From assembly GCA_016283195.1 (NCBI GenBank), contig JAEEML010000001.1, positions 1 to 45,228 of the forward strand: a stretch of DNA of 45,228 nt. Direction: 5' to 3'. The translations under genes were made by a program, and so were the position numbers. Within the stretch, counting starts at the first letter, position 1. Every line of letters starts with the position of its first letter. The notes beneath the pieces are model-generated. The model ran no database searches. It was not told the origin of the DNA and worked only from the letters and a program-made list of their open reading frames with translations. Source of the DNA: Deltaproteobacteria bacterium (lineage in GTDB: Bacteria; JAEEML01). Below, piece by piece: positions 1-8,285 of this stretch.

Positions 1-1
1 A

Positions 2-1117
2 AATACTCCACTTTATCGTGCCCTTTATATTCATGTGCCTTTTTGCTGCGGTAAGTGCCGCTATTGCGACTTTTATTCGGAAAAAGAGCCGCCGGATGCT
101 GCGCTGGAAGCGCGCTATATAAACGCTATTATAAAGGAGCTTAACTGGCACAGCCCTGATTTTTCGCAGCTTGAGACGCTCTATATCGGCGGCGGGACGC
201 CCTCTTTATTGCGGCCGGAGAGTCTCAGCAAAATCATAGCTGCTATTGCCCAATACCGCCCCATAGAAGAGCTCACTGAGCTCACTATTGAGGTGAACCC
301 CGACGATGTGAGCCGGGAAAAGCTGGCCCACTACCTGGCTCTTGGCATAAACCGCCTAAGTATCGGCCTGGAATCGCCCGCTGAGCAGGAACTTGGCTTT
401 TTAGGCCGACGGCACACGGCTGCCCAGGGCCGCGCCGCCATTGAGCTAGCCCGGCAGGCCGGTTTTACTAATTTGAGCCTCGATCTTATCACCGGCCTGC
501 CGGGCCAGACGAAAGCCATTCAGGCGGCGCGGCTAAAAGAGCTCATAGAGTATAACCCGGAGCATATTTCCTGCTATCAGCTCACTATTTGTGAAAAGAC
601 GCCTCTTGGCCGAGCAGTGAAAAATGGTGAGATTCGCCCACTATCCGACCTGCGCCAGCTAGCCCTTTTAAAGGCCGCAGCGGCGCAGCTGGCGCAGGCG
701 GGGTATAGCCACTACGAAGTGAGTAACTATGCAAAATCACGCGCATTTGAGTGCCGCCACAACAGCATCTACTGGGAGCACCTGCCCTATCTGGGGCTGG
801 GGCCGGCGGCCCACTCCTTTAGCGGCACCGGGCGCTTCTGGAACAGCCAAAACCTGGCCAAATATTTGGCCAAAGTGGAAGCCGGGGTGAGCCCGGCCGC
901 CGGCCGCGAAAATTTGGATGCTTTTCAGCTAAAGTTGGAAGAGGTAGCTCTCGGTATCCGCACCAAGAGGGGCATTGCCGCCGGCCTAATAGCGGAAGAT
1001 ACAGCGGCGGAGCTGATAGCTAAGGGGCTCATCAAAAGAGAGGGCGAGCGCCTCATAGCCACAATGAAAGGCCTTACTGTGGCCGATAGGCTGCCCCTTT
1101 GGCTGCTGGACATTTAG
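2..1117 (+). CDS. hemW: Radical SAM heme chaperone HemW (HemN-like), 5'-partial
   Basis: The frame is open from position 2 (NTPLYRALYIHVPFCCGKCRYCDF), giving YIHVPFC-CxxxCxxC. Also YIGGGTPS, EVNP, YEVSNYA, HNSIYW and YLGLGPAAHS. The true start lies upstream of the window. Confidence 0.9.
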   Translation, partial: NTPLYRALYIHVPFCCGKCRYCDFYSEKEPPDAALEARYINAIIKELNWHSPDFSQLETLYIGGGTPSLLRPESLSKIIAAIAQYRPIEELTELTIEVNPDDVSREKLAHYLALGINRLSIGLESPAEQELGFLGRRHTAAQGRAAIELARQAGFTNLSLDLITGLPGQTKAIQAARLKELIEYNPEHISCYQLTICEKTPLGRAVKNGEIRPLSDLRQLALLKAAAAQLAQAGYSHYEVSNYAKSRAFECRHNSIYWEHLPYLGLGPAAHSFSGTGRFWNSQNLAKYLAKVEAGVSPAAGRENLDAFQLKLEEVALGIRTKRGIAAGLIAEDTAAELIAKGLIKREGERLIATMKGLTVADRLPLWLLDI

Positions 1118-1252
1118 CCTCTTTGGAACTTCATTGTTCATTCCCGCGATCTCTAACCATTTTTTTCTTGCCAGCCATTTTCCCCGTTGCCAACAACTTT
1201 CATCCAGTGTTATCCTGAGTTCTGGCCTTTGCCTGATAAGGATATACAATAT

Positions 1253-1302
1253 GTTCAGTTCAGTTCAGTTCAGTTCAGTTCAGTTCAGTTCAGTTCAGTT
1301 CA
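1253..1302. repeat. Perfect pentanucleotide microsatellite (GTTCA)10
   Basis: Ten exact GTTCA units plus a partial GT, intergenic, ending about 135 bp upstream of the ATG at 1438. Confidence 0.97.
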
Positions 1303-1437
1303 GTCGCTTTATTTAATTGTAACACACTTCAAAATTTTCGGCAATCAAAAATTTGTAATTTATCATTTAATTTCGCACGTTTTTTCTATTTTGTTTCACA
1401 AAACCGCACCGATTTATTAATAATATAAGGAGTTTCT

Positions 1438-3021
1438 ATGCCCAGTCATTCGCTTAAAATAGCGTTTTTTTCTCTGGTATTATCTTTCGCTTTTCCCGCT
1501 CTCGCGCAAGAATACGGCACCTTCACCGATAGCCGCGACGGCACAGTTTATACCACAGTGCAAATCGGCCAGGAGACCTGGATGGCCGAAAACATGAAAT
1601 ATATCACCGATGAAATCAGCTGCGGCGCCGATGCCGGGCATGGCAGCTCCGTTAAAAACTACGGCTGCCTTTATAACTGGGCCGATGCTCAAAAAGTCTG
1701 CCCCGCCGGCTGGCATTTGCCCACGCAAGTGGAGTTCGGCCGCCTCTTAATCAAAATCGGCGAAGGCAAAGAAGGCTCCGATAATTTGCGCGACACTAGC
1801 TGGGGGGAGGCCAAAAACGGCTCCGGTTTTTCCGCTCTGCCGGCCGGTAGCCAGAGCTCCGGCAGCTATTTTGAATTTGGCCAGGGCGCCTATTTTTGGT
1901 CTATCACCGAGTGTGATTCTGAGGGCATTAACGCCTACGCCATGACTCTGCGCCCGGACAGAGTTTCAGTCAAAAGCTGCCATAGCCAGGTAGCCGACGC
2001 CCTTTCGGTGCGCTGCGTCAAAGATGTCGGCGAAATTCCCACTTACATATTAACCGATGAGCGCGATGGCAGCACTTATAAAACCGTGAAAATAGCCGGC
2101 GCAACCTGGCTTGCCGAAAATATAAAATATATTGCCGATGACATAGACTATAAAGCCACTGCCAAACCTGATGAATACGGCTATCTCTATAACTGGGCCG
2201 ATGCCCAAAAAGTCTGCCCCGCCGGCTGGCGCCTGCCAACCCGCGTGGAGTTCGACCGCCTGCTCACCCAGATGGGCAAAGGCGAAAAGGGCTCCGACAA
2301 TCTGCGCCATAGAAAGTGGGAAAAAGGCAAAAATATCTCCGGCTTTGGCGCCCTCCCCGCCGGTAGCTGCGACCGGAGCGGCTGCTCTTTTTTTGGCACG
2401 CAGGCCTATTTCTGGTCCGGCACGGGTCACGGCAAAGACCGCGCCTTTGGCCTCTATGTTGATAATGGCAAAGTCTCGGTAAATAGCGGCAAAAGCAGCA
2501 GCTATTTATCGGTGCGCTGTATTAAAAAAAGCGCTAAAGAGGCCGCCGCCCCAGAGGGAGCTATAGCTGCCGTGCCGCCGCAGGGCCCAGAGGCCGTGCC
2601 GCCAACCGGCACCGCTAAAGATAATAACGGCGATAAACGCTATCTTACCTCTTCTATAGTGGTGGGTACCGTGGGCGGCGGCGCCGGCGTTATCACCGGT
2701 GCAGTGCTCATAGCTATAGCGGCCAAATATGCAGGCGCTGTTAGCGCAGAAAAAGCCAAAATAGACAAAATCAATAATGGCGCTACTTTAAACGAGAGCC
2801 TCATGAATCAAAAAGAAGTTATGAACATGGAGCAAAAAGGGCGGCGGCTGGAAATAGGCAGCTATGTGGCCTTTGGAGTGGCCGGCGCGGCTGTGATTAC
2901 CGCCGTAGCTTTGGGCGTAAAACATAGCAAAAGCAAGAAAGCAGTTAATAATCAATATGTTACCGTAGCGCCGGCTTTTGATAACCGGGCGGCTGGCCTT
3001 ACTATCGGCGGCTCATGGTAG
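1438..3021 (+). CDS. Secreted protein with two Fib_succ_major (FISUMP) domains and a C-terminal hydrophobic anchor region
   Basis: RBS AAGGAG; signal peptide ending ALA-Q. Two copies of D.RDG..Y.TV.I...WMAEN / YG.LYNWADAQKVCPAGW.LPT / GF.ALPAG / YFWS / SVRC.K. C-terminus has two Gly/Ala-rich hydrophobic stretches and ends VTVAPAFDNRAAGLTIGGSW. Confidence 0.85.
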   Translation: MPSHSLKIAFFSLVLSFAFPALAQEYGTFTDSRDGTVYTTVQIGQETWMAENMKYITDEISCGADAGHGSSVKNYGCLYNWADAQKVCPAGWHLPTQVEFGRLLIKIGEGKEGSDNLRDTSWGEAKNGSGFSALPAGSQSSGSYFEFGQGAYFWSITECDSEGINAYAMTLRPDRVSVKSCHSQVADALSVRCVKDVGEIPTYILTDERDGSTYKTVKIAGATWLAENIKYIADDIDYKATAKPDEYGYLYNWADAQKVCPAGWRLPTRVEFDRLLTQMGKGEKGSDNLRHRKWEKGKNISGFGALPAGSCDRSGCSFFGTQAYFWSGTGHGKDRAFGLYVDNGKVSVNSGKSSSYLSVRCIKKSAKEAAAPEGAIAAVPPQGPEAVPPTGTAKDNNGDKRYLTSSIVVGTVGGGAGVITGAVLIAIAAKYAGAVSAEKAKIDKINNGATLNESLMNQKEVMNMEQKGRRLEIGSYVAFGVAGAAVITAVALGVKHSKSKKAVNNQYVTVAPAFDNRAAGLTIGGSW

Positions 3022-3033
3022 GAGGGAATAGCA

Positions 3034-5622
3034 ATGAAAACAAGAAACTTATCGTTTGCAGTTGGTGTTTTCCCATTTCTGACAGTTTGTGGCTGTTTAA
3101 ATTTTGATTCCGGCCCAGAAAGCGGGGTCATCTATCCTTGCGATGACAATGCAACATGCAATGAGGGCTTTATGTGCATAATAAGCTCGCGGCCTGGTTT
3201 TGAAAACGGCGAATGTGTACCGCTTTGTGAGAGTGATAAAGATTGCCCCAGTGGCCGCACTTGCCTGGATGGCGCGTGCAAAGTGCCAAATGCTAGCAAT
3301 AACAATAACAATACTACTAATAACAACAACAACAATAACACCCAATGCGAAAATCCGCTAAAAACCGGTACAAACTGCGATAAGTGCAAAAATGGCAAAA
3401 CCGGTGCAAACTGCGACGGTGAGTGCGAAAATCCGCTAAAAACCGGTGATAATTGCGATAAGTGTAAAAATGGAAGAACCGGCGACTTTTGTGATGGTGC
3501 CTGCAGCAATCCAATAATGACCGGAATAAATTGCGATGAATGTCAGCCTGGCTATTATGGCGAAAATTGTGAGCCCTGCATCTGCGAAAATGGCTCCTGC
3601 GACGATGGCAAAGAGGGCGACGGCACCTGTCTCAAATGTGCTAAAGGATTTTTTGGCGAAAATTGTCTAAATAAATGTCAGTGCACTGAAGACCAAACCT
3701 GTGATGATGGCCTAAGTGGCCGGGGCTGCTTATGCAATGGCAATTTTGTCGGCCCAAATTGCGATATTCCCATTAAGTGCCTCCACGGTGAGCTTAATTT
3801 TGCAGACGGCCATTGTAAAAGCGGCACTTGTACCAATGGTTTTGGCGGCGAAGATTGTGATCTGCCGCCTTGCACCATAAACGACCAAAAATGCAATAGC
3901 GATAACCGCCATGGCGTAAAATGCGAAGGCGGCTTCCTAAAAGAGTTTCTTTGTGCGGCCGATACCACCTGCGAACGGGCCCAAAATGGCTCTCTTTCTT
4001 GTAAAACGGTTATTAATGAGTGTCAGCCTGGCTATTATGGCGAAAATTGTCAGCCCTGCTCTTGCAACACTGCCCATGGCACTTGCAACGATGGCAGAAG
4101 CGGCAATGGTCTGTGCCGTACTTGTAATAGTGGCTATTTTGGTAAAACCTGTAATGGAGAAACTCGCTGTCTTTATGGCACTCCCAATGAGGGGCCAAGC
4201 GGTGATGGCCACTGCCAGGGAGCTTGCCGCGTCACTTCTTATACCGGCGAGGATTGCAATATTTTTATTACCTGTGAGCATGGCGAAGTCAATCCGCAAA
4301 ACGGCCATTGTAAAGGAAACTGTACTGGCAACTTTACCGGCCAAGATTGTAATGAATGTAAAACAGGTTGGGCAGGTACCAAATGCCAAGATTGTGACCA
4401 GAACCATTATGGGGCCTCTTGTCAGAATGCGTGCTCCTGCACCTCTTTGCAAGAGTGCTCTTCAGGGCTAGATGGCAAAGGATGCCAGTGCAAAAACCAG
4501 CTGATGACCGGCACTAATTGTGATCAGTGCAAAAATACACTGATGACCGGTACCTATTGTAACGAGTGCAAAAATTCGCTCATGACCGGTGAAAATTGTG
4601 ATGAGTGCAAGAATGGCAAGACCGGCACTAACTGTACTGGTGATTGCAAAAATCCGCTGATGACCGGAGACAATTGCGATAAAGAAATTAAGTGCCAGCA
4701 TGGTACACTCGATACGCAAACTGGCCATTGTAAGGGAACCTGTACGGGCAACTTTACCGGCGAAGATTGCAATAAGTGTAAAACAGGTTGGCAGGGTACA
4801 AACTGAAAAGAGTGCAAATCCGGCTATTATGGAAGTAATTGCCAAAAGTGTAATTGCAATAGTTTACAGAGTTGCGAGTCCGGAATAAATGGCCAAGGTT
4901 GCCTATGCAATAACCCGCTGATGACCGGGGATAATTGCGACCAGTGCAAAAACCCACTGATGACCGGAGACAATTGCGATGTGTGCAAAAACGGGAGAAC
5001 AGGTGAGGAGTGTGATGGTGCATGCCGAATTGCCGATGGTACAATTGGCGAAGTATTAGATGATCATGATAATAACAGAAAATATCAAACAACGATGATT
5101 AACTGCCGCGAGTGGATGGCGGAGAATTACAAGCGCAAACTTGATTATTATGATGCTGGCCCTTATGAAGCTGGCGGCCATTGTGTGATAGGTACTAATC
5201 CTTATAGCTATTGTTATCCCAGTGGGAATAAAGATAATGTAGACACTTATGGTCTCCTCTACAATTGGGAGGTTGCCAAGTCCTATGCTTTTTGCCCAAC
5301 CGGGTGGCATTTACCATCGGTAGATGAACTCAGAGACCTACTAGACTATATGGGCGGTGAATCTACGGGCGCAAAAAACTTGCGGGCTACAACTTGGAAT
5401 CAAGGAACCGGTAAATACGGCTTTAATGTTCCCCCCGCTGGAGGATACTCCACTAGTACTGGTTCTTTCAGTTTTGGGTCTGAGGCCACGTTCTGGTCTC
5501 AGTCAAAGCTCAGTAATAGCTATCCGTATGTCCTGCAGGTGGATAACTATAATGCCAGTGTTAAATATACTAACGTCAGCAATTATTACTACTCAGTTCG
5601 CTGCATTAAAGACTTGCCTTGA
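3034..5622 (+). pseudogene. Cys-rich EGF/laminin-like repeat lipoprotein with C-terminal FISUMP domain, interrupted by one in-frame TGA (4804-4806)
   Basis: ORFs 3034..4806 and 4921..5622 share a frame, and the bases between them read KECKSGYYGSNCQKCNCNSLQSCESGINGQGCLCNNPL with no other stop. Lipobox-like LTVCGC, poly-Asn linker, many C.NPL.TG.NCD.C repeats, FISUMP domain ending YSVRCIKDLP. It may instead be a readthrough gene or a sequencing error. Confidence 0.75.
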
Positions 5623-5644
5623 GCCGGCCACCGGGCCCATTTGA

Positions 5645-5790
5645 CCTCACCCCGTCTATAAAAGAAATTGCATCCACTCGCCCCTCTCCCAAGCGGCGAG
5701 GGGCTCCGCTTATTGGAAGCTAAAGCTTATTTTATCAAAAAAAACATGGGGTTAATTTTTTGCTAGGTAGTAAGCGGCGAAAACAGGAAA
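5645..5790. repeat. Dispersed intergenic element, copy A (REP-like hairpin plus ~89-bp core)
   Basis: Core 5702-5790 aligns to 31677-31764 with about 12 differences in 89 nt by hand alignment. Both copies are preceded by CCTCACCCCG...TCGCC..CCTCTCC...GGCGAG. Confidence 0.85.
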
Positions 5791-5875
5791 GATAGCGGGC
5801 CCCAAGGGGGGCCGAGTGAGAAAACAGAAATTAAAGAGGTTACTTAGGGCTTTAGAAAAATGGGTTAGGCGGGGG

Positions 5876-7288
5876 TTATAAGTCTTTTATGCAGCGCACA
5901 GAAGCATAACGACTCCAATATATCGAGCTAATGTTGGCACGGCCACCGCTCAAAGTATAGACATAAACATACCCAATTTGGAAATACTGGTTCACATAGT
6001 CGCGCTTTGATGTCCAGAAATAGGTCGAATGGCCAAAGTATTTATATCCGTCATCATCACCGTCAAAAAGCATCTTCTCATATATGCCGGAAGGCAGAGC
6101 TTTAAAGCCATAAACATCGCGGCCTCTCCTTTTATAATCCCATTCGCTGGCGCCATCGGAGATAAGATCCAAAAAGGCTCCTTCCAGATTCATGGCATCA
6201 TATTGGCCCTGTTCATCAACATATTTATCAAGCTCTTCATAGTCGTCATCTGTCGGTAAACGCCAGCCATCTTCGGTGGGGCAGACTTTTTTGGCCGAAT
6301 CCCAATCATAAAGGAAGCCATACGTTTTCCAAGTGCCGCTATCGTCATTGGGATATAACCACAAAATCTCTTCATCTACAGGATTACCGTAGGCCATACT
6401 TTTACCCATCCAGAACTGCCGGCCAATCTTATATATGGGATATTCCATATTATGCCCATCAGCACGGGTATCGACATATTTACAAATTTTTGCATCGTAA
6501 TTGCTGCCTTTGACACATTCATTGCAGCCCACATCATTGCTGTAATAACCGCTGGGACACTCCAAGCTACATTCCGGGCCGTAATTGCCATTGGCGCAAA
6601 CATTACAATTTTTGCCAGTCCAGCCTTCTGCACAATTACTACACCCAACGGTATTATCTTTACCGGTGGCGCAGGTGCCGCCATGCCCACATTCGGGGCA
6701 TTTTATACAATCCGGGCCATAATAGCCCTCGGCACACTCATTGCACTCTTCACCGGTCCAGCCGCCCTCACAATCGGTACAACCTTTAAGATTAAGCGGG
6801 TTATTTATACAAATACCGTGCGCACAGGTGGCAGGGCAAGTCTTGCTGCAATTTTCACCATAATGGCCAACCACACAGGCGCTGCAATCAGCACCATCGA
6901 AACCGCTATCGCAACCGGTACAGCCGGTGGTATTGCTGGGCGAAGCTTCACAGCTGCCGCCGTTTTGACATATTGGGCAAATTTCCTCGCAGTTTTCGCC
7001 ATAAAAACCGGTGATGCACTGATCACAAGCCGGCTGATTGGCAAAGTTTCCTTCGCAAACTACCTCTTCATCACTCGCAGCGTCACTGGCAGCATCACTG
7101 GCAGCATCACTGGCAGCGTCACTTGCAGCGTCACTTGCGGCATCACTTGCGGCATCGGTTGGAGTATCAACACTATCGGCAGGCTTCGCAGGCTTTGCAG
7201 TGTTTTCGTTTTCTGACCCTACATTATTGCTGCATCCTACGGCCAGCAAAGTAGCAGTCAAAAGGCAACTCTTTAAAATCATTCTCAT
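5876..7288 (-). CDS. Lipoprotein with EGF-like Cys repeats and C-terminal FISUMP domain
   Basis: GGAG RBS before ATG 7288; lipobox LAVGC; (DAAS)7 linker; repeated C..G.YG..C; FISUMP motifs IGRQFWMG, YGFLYDW, VCP..GWRLPT, GFKALPSG, YFWTS, SVRCIKDL. Confidence 0.85.
   Translation of the reverse strand: MRMILKSCLLTATLLAVGCSNNVGSENENTAKPAKPADSVDTPTDAASDAASDAASDAASDAASDAASDAASDEEVVCEGNFANQPACDQCITGFYGENCEEICPICQNGGSCEASPSNTTGCTGCDSGFDGADCSACVVGHYGENCSKTCPATCAHGICINNPLNLKGCTDCEGGWTGEECNECAEGYYGPDCIKCPECGHGGTCATGKDNTVGCSNCAEGWTGKNCNVCANGNYGPECSLECPSGYYSNDVGCNECVKGSNYDAKICKYVDTRADGHNMEYPIYKIGRQFWMGKSMAYGNPVDEEILWLYPNDDSGTWKTYGFLYDWDSAKKVCPTEDGWRLPTDDDYEELDKYVDEQGQYDAMNLEGAFLDLISDGASEWDYKRRGRDVYGFKALPSGIYEKMLFDGDDDGYKYFGHSTYFWTSKRDYVNQYFQIGYVYVYTLSGGRANISSIYWSRYASVRCIKDL
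7073..7156 (-). repeat. 12-bp coding tandem repeat x7 encoding (DAAS)7
   Basis: Seven units of ACTnGCrGCrTC on the + strand. Confidence 0.92.
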
Positions 7289-7406
7289 TTTTAACTCCAA
7301 AGCAAAAAAAGATTCCTAGCTTATAAACAAAAAGCTGGGCGCCTTTTAGCACTAAACGGCAATAAATGCAAGTGGGTTCAGGCAGTGGCCGCGAGAGAGC
7401 TGGGCT

Positions 7407-8216
7407 TTATTGGCGGGAAGAGATTCTAAACTGCCCAAGGGCTAGGAGCAAAGCCCCAAGGAGCAGCAAAAAGCCGCCCAGAGCAAGCGGCACCTTGCCC
7501 GGGTGACTTGCCACCTCAACAATCGTGTGCGCCCGCCCGGCTGCATCATGGTAATAGCTGGCCTGCGAGATATTAAAACCGGCAACGGTTATCGGCGCCC
7601 CAAGTTCCAGCTTTTCTTTAAATGAGGTGCCTTGGTACAAAATCTCCAGCTCGGTTTCATAAGCGGCATCGCGCCCCGCGGCATCGGTAATGATGGCAAA
7701 TTTAGCTGCACGCAGAGCAAAGGGCAGCGAGATATTCTTTTTTAAACCGTAGCTCAAATCCTTTGTAAATATGCTCTTGTAAGCAGCCTCATCCAGGCGT
7801 AAATAGCCGTGCTCGGCAAAATTACCTTCCAAATAACCGCCCACCATCACCATTAAAAGCGCCGCTTCGGTAAAAATAAGCGCGTAGCGGCCAAAATTGC
7901 GCTCTTGGCCATGAATTAGGCTATAAAACCTGGATGCTACATCGCCTAAAAGCGCCGCAAAAAGATAAAATGCCGTAAAAATAAAAAACCAAGACCTAAA
8001 GATGGTATTAAGTTCAAAAAAGAGCAGCACTGCAGTTAAAAATTCACCGTAAAGCCGGCTATAGGCCGCTGGCGTAAGCTGCTGCGGCACAACCATGGTT
8101 CCCAGCAAAATAGCTGTAAGAAAAAGGAAAATCATGGTGATAACCAGCCATGGCGTGCGCAGTATCTGCCAAAATCCATCAATAAAAACGCAAAAAATCT
8201 TTTTAGCCTGTTTCAT
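7407..8216 (-). CDS. ResB/Ccs1-like cytochrome c biogenesis protein (short form)
   Basis: N-terminal TM helix followed by LLGTMVVPQ, IFRSWFF, a soluble LPFALR..KF...YETEL region, ISQASY, and HPG before a final TM helix. Confidence 0.65.
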   Translation of the reverse strand: MKQAKKIFCVFIDGFWQILRTPWLVITMIFLFLTAILLGTMVVPQQLTPAAYSRLYGEFLTAVLLFFELNTIFRSWFFIFTAFYLFAALLGDVASRFYSLIHGQERNFGRYALIFTEAALLMVMVGGYLEGNFAEHGYLRLDEAAYKSIFTKDLSYGLKKNISLPFALRAAKFAIITDAAGRDAAYETELEILYQGTSFKEKLELGAPITVAGFNISQASYYHDAAGRAHTIVEVASHPGKVPLALGGFLLLLGALLLALGQFRISSRQ

Positions 8217-8285
8217 TTTCCTGCCTTAAACTGTTTAAAGGCCTTGCCCAGTTGGCCGCAATAATAGTATGTTGTCAACTGTCTC

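Noticed and set aside
1120..1250. Possible riboswitch upstream of the microsatellite
   Set aside because: Only a short TATCCT/AGGATA pairing; no riboswitch consensus I can recognise on either strand.
1134..1420. ORFs 1134..1316 and 1187..1420 with SSVQF repeats
   Set aside because: They are translations of the GTTCA microsatellite, with no RBS or protein-like content.
1672..2230. Near-identical 43-nt segments (1672-1714 and 2188-2230) as a DGR TR/VR pair
   Set aside because: Both lie in the conserved core of duplicated FISUMP domains, and the single difference (T/C) is not at an adenine.
3298..3339. AAC/AAT-rich tract resembling a DGR template repeat
   Set aside because: It encodes an in-frame poly-Asn linker and has no matching variable repeat.
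4804..4806. Genome-wide TGA reassignment
   Set aside because: TGA ends conserved genes at their expected C-termini (oleA, type ISP, groEL), and no other gene here needs readthrough.
5598..5896. Inverted similarity CGCTGCAT.AAAGACTT at the ends of two convergent genes as invertase sites
   Set aside because: Explained by both proteins ending in RCIKDL. No recombinase is nearby, and inversion would not change the coding regions meaningfully.
1253..7156. Possible CRISPR array among the repeats
   Set aside because: The repeats are either spacerless tandem units or in-frame coding repeats. No repeat-spacer periodicity and no cas genes.
7346..7353. TTAGCACT, a CIRCE-like half-site
   Set aside because: No second arm (GAGTGCTAA) nine bases downstream, and it is not next to a heat-shock gene.
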